52,379 nt of DNA, taken from FCB group bacterium. Its GTDB lineage: Bacteria; Fidelibacterota; Marinisomatia; SCGC-AAA003-L08; JACNLC01. Below are positions 1 through 8,569 of this stretch, piece by piece. Location of the stretch: NCBI GenBank assembly GCA_013152375.1, contig JAADGM010000077.1:1-52379 (forward strand). Direction: 5' to 3'. The notes below the pieces were generated by a model that worked only from the letters and a program-made list of their open reading frames with translations, was not told the DNA's origin and ran no database searches. The position numbers and the translations under genes were made by a program. Within the stretch, counting starts at the first letter, position 1; every line of letters starts with the position of its first letter.

Positions 1-2
1 TG

Positions 3-122
3 GCGTGGCTCTTCTGGCGCTCGGTCTATCTCACGCGTATTGTCCGCTGGCGCAATAAGATCAAAGTAGTGGTGGACTGGGCCCTGAATATGATTTTTGG
101 CCGGGATATCAGTCAGTTCTGA
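3..122 (+). CDS. ndh: 3' end (partial) of a type II NADH:quinone oxidoreductase (NDH-2) family protein
   Basis: Not in the ORF track. Frame 3 reads AWLFWRSVYLTRIVRWRNKIKVVVDWALNMIFGRDISQF*, the typical amphipathic membrane-anchor C-terminus of NDH-2; stop TGA at 120-122. Confidence 0.75.
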   Translation, partial: AWLFWRSVYLTRIVRWRNKIKVVVDWALNMIFGRDISQF

Positions 123-130
123 TTTTCAGT

Positions 131-862
131 ATGGTGAAGGGACGCGTGTTACTCATTTACGTGGTGGTTTTCCTGCACTTGGGCGTCGGGCAGAGCTTTT
201 ATGAGGATTTCAGCACACTGACTCATTGGAAGGCTTTGTATTTCCCGGGTATAGCGGACCATTCAATTTACTCCCTTGCTTCTGAAAACGGAAATTCCGT
301 CCTGCAGGCGGAAACGCATGCTTCGGCTTCGGGGTTGATCCTGGACGACACAATCAACGTTTTTGAAACGCCCTGGTTGAGCTGGCGCTGGAAAATTGAA
401 AACATCCTTGAAGCGGGTGATGTCAGCTCGAGAGATACGGACGACTATGCTTTGAGAATTTATATCTTTTTCCCCTTCGAACCGGCCCGGGCGGGAACCC
501 TGAAGAAGCTGCGCTATAAAGCCGCCCGGTTATTGTACGGAGAATACCCGCCCCAAAGCAGTTTGAATTACATCTGGGCCAACCACGCCCACAACCGGAA
601 ATTCATCCCGAATTCCTATACTGATAAATCGATGATGATCCTGCTGGAGCATTCGGCGGCAAAAGCGGATGCCTGGGTTACGGAGACAGTTAACCTGCTC
701 GAAGATTATCAAATTGCTTTCGGCACTCTGCCAACAGCCGCTGCCAGACTCGTGATCATGGCGGATTCTGATAATACCGGCGGAACAGCAAGAGCTTATA
801 TGGATGATATCCGCTTATCACCTGAGGATCCGCAAATATTAACTGATGAATCGAAGCCATAA
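131..862 (+). CDS. Secreted DUF3047-family protein
   Basis: N-terminal signal-like stretch; family-typical motifs LSWRWK, DDYALRIY, LNYIW, MADSDNTG. Confidence 0.8.
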   Translation: MVKGRVLLIYVVVFLHLGVGQSFYEDFSTLTHWKALYFPGIADHSIYSLASENGNSVLQAETHASASGLILDDTINVFETPWLSWRWKIENILEAGDVSSRDTDDYALRIYIFFPFEPARAGTLKKLRYKAARLLYGEYPPQSSLNYIWANHAHNRKFIPNSYTDKSMMILLEHSAAKADAWVTETVNLLEDYQIAFGTLPTAAARLVIMADSDNTGGTARAYMDDIRLSPEDPQILTDESKP

Positions 863-1475
863 CCTGCAACACTCCCGTAAGGGTACCATTTTACCTCTGT
901 CATTTTACCTTAGGGAAGACGTACTTCTCATCAGCAGAGAACTTTTAGGAAAATTTCTGGTGACCCGTTTTGACGGCCATCTCACCAGCGGCATGATCAT
1001 AGAAACCGAAGCTTATCGTGGTCCCGAAGACCGGGCCAGCCATGCCTTCGGCAACCGCCGTACCGCACGCACTGAAGTCATGTTCCAGAAAGGCGGACGG
1101 GCTTATATCTACTTGTGTTACGGGATCCATCACCTGTTCAATGTCGTGACCAATGTTGAAGGAACACCCCATGCGGTACTCATCCGGGCTCTGCAGCCCG
1201 AGGACGGGATCGAGACCATGCTCGACAGACGGGGTAAAACCGTGGCGATAACTTCACTCTGTGCAGGACCGGGCTCTCTGGCCCGGGCATTGGGACTGCA
1301 TTACCGTTATTCGGGGACTCCCCTTGATGGCGATGTCATCTGGATAGAAGACCGGGGCGTCGATCCCCTTGCAGAAGATATTGTTGCCTCTTCCCGCATA
1401 GGTGTGGACTATGCCGGTGAGGATGCAAAACTGCCCTGGCGGTTTAGAATATTACCTGACGGACATTTGGAATAG
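846..1475 (+). CDS. mpg: DNA-3-methyladenine glycosylase (MPG/AAG family)
   Basis: Motifs IIETEAY-GPED-ASH, YIYLCYGIH, AVLIRA, GPG-L, RIGVDYA, PWRF. Confidence 0.92.
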   Translation: MNRSHNLQHSRKGTILPLSFYLREDVLLISRELLGKFLVTRFDGHLTSGMIIETEAYRGPEDRASHAFGNRRTARTEVMFQKGGRAYIYLCYGIHHLFNVVTNVEGTPHAVLIRALQPEDGIETMLDRRGKTVAITSLCAGPGSLARALGLHYRYSGTPLDGDVIWIEDRGVDPLAEDIVASSRIGVDYAGEDAKLPWRFRILPDGHLE

Positions 1476-1570
1476 CCTGTTTGGCCGGCTGCTCACCGGC
1501 AGCGTCCGGTCTTGCCTGCGACCCTGATTGCTGTATGGGGCCAGGCAGTGTGCAGCCATGGACAGGATAT

Positions 1571-1600
1571 AAAAAGGGCTGCCCGATGAGCAGCCCTTTT
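1571..1600. terminator. Bidirectional intrinsic terminator between convergent mpg and the octaheme cytochrome gene
   Basis: AAAAAGGGCTGC-CCGATGA-GCAGCCCTTTT: GC-rich stem with an A tract on the left and a T tract on the right. Confidence 0.85.
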
Positions 1601-1633
1601 GGTTTATTTCCATCATCCGGTGATCAAATGGTT

Positions 1634-3244
1634 TTATTTATTTTCCTCAAAATAAGGTTGGCCGGGTAATTTGAAATTGATCACCTGTTCTTTCATGGCT
1701 TTGCCGTCCACGGCTTTCCTGTCTTTGTAGAAATTCCATGTTTTCTGAACAGCCTTGTTATTCGTAAACTGAGTGCCGAGGTAGTAATCACGGTTTTCAA
1801 AACGATCCAGCCACAAGTCCCACTGGTCTTTGGAGAGCAGTCCCTTCTCGTAAGCGGCCTGGACATTCAATTTGACGCGCTCCCAGTAATCGTCGTAAGC
1901 TTTATAAACATATGGTGTCGTGTTCGTCATGGCTCCGATGCCCCAGGAATTTCCGGGAACATCATAAAGGGCGTAAGGCGTGAATTTTGCCGGACTGTTT
2001 GAAGTTACCCACTCCTCCGCCTCAGCGTCTCCGTGTTCAGCCGCCCAGGTGAGAAGTTCAACCATATCCTGCTGGATCTCCCACACCCCGTGCCACTGAG
2101 TATAATCAGCGCCCATCATCTCGGCACCGTGCCTGAATCTCCGCCCTTCGTGGTGCCAGGCCTTGTACATCAGGACCTCCGGCTCCTCATCCCAGCCGTT
2201 TAAAACCGGATTAGACATCATTTTATCATCAGCCTGAATTTGATTGATGAGACCGTTTTTGGTCAGTTTTTTGGTCCAGTAAACAAAGAACCGTCGCATT
2301 TCATTGTACTGCAAATTCACCAGATCAGCCGTAAGCAGGTACATCTGATAAAACCCGGGGGCGTGACAGCTCTGACAGATGGCCTCCATATTATCCCTTT
2401 TCTGCTGCCAGTCACCCAGGTTCTTCTCGTCCCACACTGTTCTGAAACTCCAGGGAGCCTGGGATTCCCAGGCGAGCCGGGCGCTGACATTATGGGTCAT
2501 GGGTTGGGATTCGTTACCGTCCATGTGGCAGGTTGTGCAAACGGGCGCCTCAATGGGGATGGGAGCATTGTCTTTAGAACTGAACCCCATATCCCAGTCT
2601 TTGCTCTTGGCCTTGAAGATGTTCCCGTGTTTGGATTCATTGTAGATTTCGATGTGCGGATGATCCGGACCGATATGGCATTCGCCACAGGTCTCAGGCT
2701 GTCTGGCTACAGCAATATCAAAACTGTGTTTGGGGTGACAGGCATCACATTCACCCACGCTGCCGTCGGGCCAGAGATTACCGATCTGATGGCATTGTTC
2801 ACAGCCATTCCGGGTACTTAAAGGATTTTCGAATGTTGCCCGGTCGGCATTTGCCAACAGCCAAAACTGATGGGCATGCTTGCTGTTATTAAATTCTGCC
2901 ACTTCTTTATCGTGGCATTCGGCGCAGTCTTTCGGCGTGGGATGCTTGGCAACCAGAATATCACTGCCCTCGCAGGTAAAGGCGTCAAAATCAGCTTTTT
3001 TCGCGGAATGGCATTCATAGCAGCCGACCTCATTGGCTGCATGCGCGCTGATGCCCCAGGCTTCAATTTGTTTTACGGCGATATTTTCTTTGCTGTGACA
3101 AGCGATGCATTTCGCCGACAGGTCATCGATCTCCAAAGCCGGGTCCAGTACGGGGGTTGTCCCTGCTGCCAGCATCGTCAGCAGCATACCGCACATCAGC
3201 ACCGCAGACCTGATGTTCAAAAGTTTGTGTTGGGTTGTTTTCAT
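1634..3244 (-). CDS. Periplasmic octaheme cytochrome c of the hydroxylamine oxidoreductase (HAO) family, probably reductive/epsilon-Hao-like
   Basis: Sec-type signal peptide; eight CxxCH motifs (CIACH, CYECH, CAECH, CEQCH, CDACH, CGECH, CTTCH, CQSCH); HAO-type CHxGPDHP, IYxESKHG and APxCxTCH motifs; C-terminal WHHEGRR...MMGADYTQWHG. Confidence 0.88.
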   Translation of the reverse strand: MKTTQHKLLNIRSAVLMCGMLLTMLAAGTTPVLDPALEIDDLSAKCIACHSKENIAVKQIEAWGISAHAANEVGCYECHSAKKADFDAFTCEGSDILVAKHPTPKDCAECHDKEVAEFNNSKHAHQFWLLANADRATFENPLSTRNGCEQCHQIGNLWPDGSVGECDACHPKHSFDIAVARQPETCGECHIGPDHPHIEIYNESKHGNIFKAKSKDWDMGFSSKDNAPIPIEAPVCTTCHMDGNESQPMTHNVSARLAWESQAPWSFRTVWDEKNLGDWQQKRDNMEAICQSCHAPGFYQMYLLTADLVNLQYNEMRRFFVYWTKKLTKNGLINQIQADDKMMSNPVLNGWDEEPEVLMYKAWHHEGRRFRHGAEMMGADYTQWHGVWEIQQDMVELLTWAAEHGDAEAEEWVTSNSPAKFTPYALYDVPGNSWGIGAMTNTTPYVYKAYDDYWERVKLNVQAAYEKGLLSKDQWDLWLDRFENRDYYLGTQFTNNKAVQKTWNFYKDRKAVDGKAMKEQVINFKLPGQPYFEENK

Positions 3245-3261
3245 TTTTTCTCCTCGTTTGA

Positions 3262-3732
3262 TTAATTGTTAGTTGATTTGATTCCAGGGAATTTCATCCG
3301 GTCTCTGAACCATTCGTCGGAAGACAGCAAGGCGGCCTGCTCAAAGGTTGTCGTCTGAAGCCAGCGGATGATCTCCCCCTTAAAAGTGCTCCATTGGTCA
3401 TGGAAGGGGCAATATTCCTCGAGATTATCGCCGCAGCCGGGGATTCCCATGACACATTCGGTAAGAAATTTATCACCGTCAACTGCTGTAATTACATCGA
3501 AGATCATGATGCTGTCCGGTGTTTTTTTCAGATATACGCCGCCGGTTTTCCCCCGTGAGGAACCCAGGATCCCGATGGGGATAAGCCTGGCCAGGGACTG
3601 GGAAAGATACGCTGCCGGTGCATTCAGCTTTTCTGCCAGGGCATTGGCCGAAACGGTCTTGCCGAAGGGTTCCTTAAGCAAAAGCAGCAGGGCGGAGATA
3701 ACATACATTGAACGCTGTGAGATAAGTGCCAT
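3262..3732 (-). CDS. Rrf2-family transcriptional regulator with Fe-S ligand cysteines
   Basis: wHTH with LGSSRGKTGGVYL and VITAVDG; C-x6-C-x7-CPFH. Start moved from 3804 (ORF track) to ATG 3732 (MALISQRS), which gives a typical Rrf2 length. Confidence 0.9.
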   Translation of the reverse strand: MALISQRSMYVISALLLLLKEPFGKTVSANALAEKLNAPAAYLSQSLARLIPIGILGSSRGKTGGVYLKKTPDSIMIFDVITAVDGDKFLTECVMGIPGCGDNLEEYCPFHDQWSTFKGEIIRWLQTTTFEQAALLSSDEWFRDRMKFPGIKSTNN

Positions 3733-3821
3733 TTTAATTCTAATATCGTTGTTAGAAATTAAAACTCTGTTTTGATGCTGTGCAAATAATATCTCGTGGT
3801 CCATATATCCTGATGGATATA
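3732..3821. promoter_or_regulatory. Two inverted repeats upstream of rrf2 (candidate operators)
   Basis: TTTTAATTCTAA-N8-TTAGAAATTAAAA (3732-3764, one-base bulge) and perfect TATATCC-TGAT-GGATATA (3804-3821). Confidence 0.4.
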
Positions 3822-4073
3822 AATGGTACTGACATATATACGCGGCACCCTGACGCTATACATCGAGGTTGGGTTGAAATAAAGGATTTCCGGCTAGCCG
3901 CACGGAGGTTTGATGTGCAGCTTATGATCGTCATAAGATCGTCTTGAACTGGCTTTCTGAAACCACACCGATGTGTAAGTCTGTCAGAAGCAACAGACCT
4001 ATGCCTCCCGGAGTCATCCCGAAAAGTATCGGGGATGTCACGTCCATTCAACCCAGACCGTACTTGAAGGTCT

Positions 4074-5720
4074 TTAGGGGTTCTTTACATAGGCGTTGGG
4101 ACGCATGTAGAACCACCAGTTCAGAGCCAGACAGATTGTGTAAAAAATAGTGAATCCATAGAGCGCATATTCCGGTGTGGTGGCCTTGATCTGCTCCCCG
4201 AAAACTTTGGGAATGATAAAAGCTCCGTAGGCAGCAACGGCCGATGTCCACCCGAGAACAGGTCCCGCCTGTTCCTCGTTGAAGACCACAGCAATGGTCC
4301 TGAAGGTTGAGCCGTTCCCTACACCGGTAGCGGTAAACAAAACAATAAACAGGAGAAAAAAGGGCAAGAAGTATTGCTCGGGAGTGGCCGACTGGTAAGC
4401 CGCAGACATAAAATATGCTACACCCAGAGCGGAGGCGATCATCACTGCAGAAACGATCTGTGTGATCTTTGCACCGCCTACCTTATCCGATATCCAGCCG
4501 CCGACGGGTCTGATGAGTGCTCCGATAAAGGGTCCCATCCAGGCAAACATGAGGGCACTGGGTCCGTTTGGGTTAATGGCGCTGTGGACAAGTGTTCCGT
4601 CAGGTCCCGGAACATGCGTAAAACCGAAGATTACCTTTATCGCCAGTGGGAATGCTGCAGAATACCCGATAAATGACCCGAATGTCATGGTATAAATAAT
4701 GGTCATCGCCCAGGTGTGTTTATTATTGAAAATTTTATATTGGCGCTTGAGATTTTCTTTCATCGCTCCCGGTGACAGGGACTTCATTAAGAAGACGGTC
4801 AATCCGATGATGAGGGGCAAAATGATCCACTTATTCTTCAAAACAGCGTCTGTGAACCAGCTTCCACCTTGCAGTCCGGTGGGGGCGGGAAGAATAAAAT
4901 ATAGTCCCACCGCCGCCGTGAGAAAACCTATGAGCAGCAGATAACTGATCCGGGCAAATGCCATTAGCGGGCTCCCCGGATTTGGCGTGACGGCCTCTGA
5001 AACGATATTGTTCATTTTGAACCATCCGAAAAATGCCAGCGGCACCAGAAAAATCAGCCACACAAATCCGGCGTTCTGGATCCACGCATTGGTTCCGGCA
5101 GGGATCTTGCCGATGAGTGTCCCACTGGTATTCACCAGCACCATGGGATCGCCGGAGAGTCCGCCAAACAGGGCAAAAGTCATCACCAGCGGAACCAGTA
5201 TCTGCATGGTGGTCACCCCAAAATTCCCCAGTCCCGCATTAAGCCCCAGAGAAGTACCCTGAACTTTTTTTGGGTAGAAAAAACTGATATTGCTCATGGA
5301 GGAAGCAAAGTTGCCGCCACCGAATCCCGACAGAAAAGCCAGGAGCTGGAATATCCAGAGGGGCGTGTTTTTGTCCTGGAGAAATATCCCGGCGCCGAAG
5401 GCGGGGATCATGAGCAGTGCTGTAGTGAAAAAGATGGTATTTCTGCCACCGGCAATCCGGATAAAAAATGTACTGGGGATGCGGAGCGTAGCGCCGGTCA
5501 ATCCGGCAATTGCAGTGAGCGTGAAAAGCTGGGACTGTGTGAAAGGAAATCCCAGATTCAGCATCTGGACCGAGATGATCCCCCACATAAGCCAGACCGC
5601 GAATCCAACCAGCAGACTGGGGATTGAGATCCATAAATTCCGGTTGGCGATTTTCTTTCCGGTGGCCTGCCAGAAGTCATCATTCTCTACGTTCCATTCA
5701 GTAATATTAATTTGAGACAT
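4074..5720 (-). CDS. narK: NarK2-type nitrate/nitrite antiporter (MFS)
   Basis: N-terminus WNVENDDFW...ANRNLWISIP as in E. coli NarK/NarU; GFGGGNFASSM, FGSFIG and GVGNGSTF signatures; conserved Arg in TLRIP and LIRPVGG. Confidence 0.93.
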   Translation of the reverse strand: MSQINITEWNVENDDFWQATGKKIANRNLWISIPSLLVGFAVWLMWGIISVQMLNLGFPFTQSQLFTLTAIAGLTGATLRIPSTFFIRIAGGRNTIFFTTALLMIPAFGAGIFLQDKNTPLWIFQLLAFLSGFGGGNFASSMSNISFFYPKKVQGTSLGLNAGLGNFGVTTMQILVPLVMTFALFGGLSGDPMVLVNTSGTLIGKIPAGTNAWIQNAGFVWLIFLVPLAFFGWFKMNNIVSEAVTPNPGSPLMAFARISYLLLIGFLTAAVGLYFILPAPTGLQGGSWFTDAVLKNKWIILPLIIGLTVFLMKSLSPGAMKENLKRQYKIFNNKHTWAMTIIYTMTFGSFIGYSAAFPLAIKVIFGFTHVPGPDGTLVHSAINPNGPSALMFAWMGPFIGALIRPVGGWISDKVGGAKITQIVSAVMIASALGVAYFMSAAYQSATPEQYFLPFFLLFIVLFTATGVGNGSTFRTIAVVFNEEQAGPVLGWTSAVAAYGAFIIPKVFGEQIKATTPEYALYGFTIFYTICLALNWWFYMRPNAYVKNP

Positions 5721-5753
5721 GTTATGCTTCCTTTACATTGTTAAATTAGAGTC

Positions 5754-7298
5754 TTATTCTTCAGCAAACGCATTTTTAGGTTCGTCCAGCATGAAGAAAC
5801 AAATCAGAAAACTGATGGCTGCACCAGAGGCAATGGCCAGGAAAAATGTTTTGGAATCCACCAGTGAGAACAGCACCAGATAGAAAACCGCCCCGACATT
5901 TCCATAGGCCCCGGCCATTCCGGCGATCTGACCGGTCATCCGCCGCTTGATCATAGGGATGACCGCAAAGGTCGCCCCCTCGGCACCTTGTACAAACATG
6001 GAGCAAAGGATGGTGATGAACACGGAGACCACGAGCCACCAAATACCGTTGAACATGGGAATGATGGTTTGAACGCCGTCCACAACGGGGCCGTACTTAC
6101 CGATTTGCGCCATGCCGAAGAATCCAAGTGCGATCCCCACCATGTAGATGAGCATGGTCCGCTTCCGGTTGCTCATGCTGTCAGAGATCAGGCCCCCCAG
6201 CGGCCGTGCAAACAGATTGACGAAAGCAAATGACGCCGCGATCAGGCCGGCAAGGGTAGGTGTCATGATCAGACTTCCGGCGGAATTTGTGAGATTGGTA
6301 AAAGTAGTTTCAAAAAACATTGGCAGCATTGAGACCACAGCCAACTCGGCACCAAAATTGGCGAAATAAGTGCTGTTCAATGCGGCGACACTCCCCCAGT
6401 GATATTTCTCATTTTCGGGCACACCGGCTTTTAAAATGGGCAGATTGATCTGAAGCACTTTAATCACATGCGCCAGATAGATCAGCCCCAAAACCCAATA
6501 TACCGCCATGAGGACGGTATGCGATATAAGAGGCACACCTTCAACCCTCACATTACCGATACGCCAGGCGAGGATGCCCATGGCTCCCACCAGGGGAAAA
6601 GACCATACCAGATACTGGATCAGGTCACCATAAGAGGACACGGTCATAGGTTCCGTCTTTTTTGTTTTGTTGATCTGTTTTCCGGTAGGTCCGTCTGTAA
6701 CCAAAAAGTAATACCAGATACCGTAGATGAGGGAAACAAGACCATTGATCGCTAAGGCATAACGCCAGGAATTGCCATCCAACCCCAGAAAATCGTTGAA
6801 AAAATGAATTGCCAGCCAGGGCAGGGTCATTGCCGCCCAGGCCGAGCCGAAATTGCCCCACCCGGCGTAAAAGCCCTCAGCCCGACCGATCATCTTTGGC
6901 GGAAACCAATTGGCGACCATTTTGATTCCCACTACGAATCCGGCACCGATGGACCCTAATATCAACCGGGAAATGAGCAGCTGGGTAAAGGAATTTCCAA
7001 ATGCGAAAAAGAAAACTGGAATAGCCATACTGACCATGAGTCCGGAAAATACGATTCTGGGTCCGTAGCGGTCAATGAGCGCACCGATAACAATGCGCGC
7101 CGGTATGGTGAGCGCCACATTACAGATGGCCAGGACTTTGATATGCTCCTTAGTGAGCCAGTTGAGATTCCTCAGCATCGTCGTGGCCACGGGAGCCATA
7201 TTAAACCAAACGAAAAACGTAATGAAAAAGGCGATCCACGTGTAGTGTAAAACCCGTATTCTTTCCTGGCTGAAGTCAATGAGTTCAGGTTTGTTCAT
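5754..7298 (-). CDS. narK: NarK1/NrtP-type nitrate transporter (MFS)
   Basis: LHYTWIAFFITFFVWF, IPARI, AGWGNFGS, YFANFGAEL, FARPLGG-SD, GMAGAYGNVG motifs. Confidence 0.92.
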   Translation of the reverse strand: MNKPELIDFSQERIRVLHYTWIAFFITFFVWFNMAPVATTMLRNLNWLTKEHIKVLAICNVALTIPARIVIGALIDRYGPRIVFSGLMVSMAIPVFFFAFGNSFTQLLISRLILGSIGAGFVVGIKMVANWFPPKMIGRAEGFYAGWGNFGSAWAAMTLPWLAIHFFNDFLGLDGNSWRYALAINGLVSLIYGIWYYFLVTDGPTGKQINKTKKTEPMTVSSYGDLIQYLVWSFPLVGAMGILAWRIGNVRVEGVPLISHTVLMAVYWVLGLIYLAHVIKVLQINLPILKAGVPENEKYHWGSVAALNSTYFANFGAELAVVSMLPMFFETTFTNLTNSAGSLIMTPTLAGLIAASFAFVNLFARPLGGLISDSMSNRKRTMLIYMVGIALGFFGMAQIGKYGPVVDGVQTIIPMFNGIWWLVVSVFITILCSMFVQGAEGATFAVIPMIKRRMTGQIAGMAGAYGNVGAVFYLVLFSLVDSKTFFLAIASGAAISFLICFFMLDEPKNAFAEE

Positions 7299-7342
7299 AG
7301 TGTATTGGTCCTTTTATGAGTAATAATTGAAGAGAATTGAAC

Positions 7343-8038
7343 TTAAATGAACCTTTGGTTTCGGTTCCAATTCCAGCGAACCATCTGGGGTTTCCGCCAG
7401 AGATAGGGATTCGGGACAACCAGCACATGCACGAGCCGTGAAAAGGGAAAAAGCAATACAAGCGTCCAGGCACATACGATATGCAGCTGCACGATCCAGG
7501 GCAGCGGAGTGATATAATTGATCTGGGGATTCAACTGCAGGAGTGAGACAAGATAAGGATTAGCAATGGCTGTAAACCATGAACTCCCCCAGGAATTGAA
7601 GGCCGCCGTCCCCAATCCGGAAAGGATCTGCAGGAAAAGCAGAGACAGAACAATCCAGTCCATGCGGCTGGTGACAATTTTCGCTTTGGGGTTCGTCCAT
7701 CTGCGCAGGAAGATTGCGAGTATTCCCGCCAGCGCGAACAGGCCTCCCATGAAAGCGCTTATTTCGAGGATGTATAAGCGGGTGAGCTCGCTGTTCCAGG
7801 CGAGTATCTGCCCGGGAAGCAGGAACGCCGCCAGATGCCCCAAAAGCACAAAGATGATACCGAAATGAAACGGTACGAGCCCCCAGAAATGGACCCTGTT
7901 TTCCAAAAACTGCGAAGAGAGACTGGAATAGGAAAACCCGTGGCTGATATAACGGTAAATTGAGAAAAAGATGAACGTGAACACCGCCACATAGGGCAAT
8001 ATTCCGTAGAGTATCATGCTAAAATACGTCATGGTCAA
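7343..8038 (-). CDS. narI: Respiratory nitrate reductase gamma subunit (cytochrome b)
   Basis: Five hydrophobic segments; SSLSSQFLE, heme-ligating His in FHFGI, LGHL, LHI and FPFSRLVH; operon position. Confidence 0.96.
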   Translation of the reverse strand: MTMTYFSMILYGILPYVAVFTFIFFSIYRYISHGFSYSSLSSQFLENRVHFWGLVPFHFGIIFVLLGHLAAFLLPGQILAWNSELTRLYILEISAFMGGLFALAGILAIFLRRWTNPKAKIVTSRMDWIVLSLLFLQILSGLGTAAFNSWGSSWFTAIANPYLVSLLQLNPQINYITPLPWIVQLHIVCAWTLVLLFPFSRLVHVLVVPNPYLWRKPQMVRWNWNRNQRFI

Positions 8039-8565
8039 TCCTCATTTATTGAATATTTTTTTGTCAGATGTGTCTGCAGTGCCAGGATACATGAACGATA
8101 TGGATTGTCCTCAGGGACAGCGTTTACGATCTTTCCCAGAGCCGGGTTAATATAGGTTTGGGTGAATGAAACCGCATTATCGGGACTGAGGTTCTCAAGC
8201 ACCAGCAGACAATGGCTGAGATGGTCGGGCAGTTCTGATGTTTCGGGAATACCGAAATTTCTGAGATACTGTCTCATTGTTACCAGAAATTCCCCCCTTT
8301 TATAAGTTTCACCGTAGAGGTGCCAGCCCAGTTCCAGGCAGCAGTCGGGGTTCAGATCAAAAGTATAGGTAAAGGCTTCCTCGAGTCCTGCCAAATTCAA
8401 CCCGGCGACGGCCTCTTTGAAACGAGCCAGCATACCGGAAACCTCCGGTGACAATCCCGCTGACTCTGCGAGAGAACCGACGGCTTCCTGATACTCAGTT
8501 GTCGGATAGGAAAAGACGGTGGCGAACAGCCGATAACAGGACTGCGCAGTCCGGGTCATTTCCAT
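8035..8565 (-). CDS. narJ: Nitrate reductase molybdenum cofactor assembly chaperone
   Basis: FSYP, TFDL, GETYKRG, ELPDHL motifs; lies between narH and narI with a 4-bp overlap with narI. Confidence 0.92.
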   Translation of the reverse strand: MEMTRTAQSCYRLFATVFSYPTTEYQEAVGSLAESAGLSPEVSGMLARFKEAVAGLNLAGLEEAFTYTFDLNPDCCLELGWHLYGETYKRGEFLVTMRQYLRNFGIPETSELPDHLSHCLLVLENLSPDNAVSFTQTYINPALGKIVNAVPEDNPYRSCILALQTHLTKKYSINED

Positions 8566-8569
8566 GGGA

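Noticed and set aside
1476-1566. GC-rich potential multi-stem structure and 62-aa ORF (1481-1669) after mpg
   Set aside because: Stems are short and expected by chance at this GC content; the ORF crosses the terminator and overlaps the octaheme gene.
3733-4051. 99-aa ORF (3752-4051) and the 24-aa N-terminal extension of Rrf2
   Set aside because: No recognisable motifs; the region reads better as a regulatory intergenic sequence.
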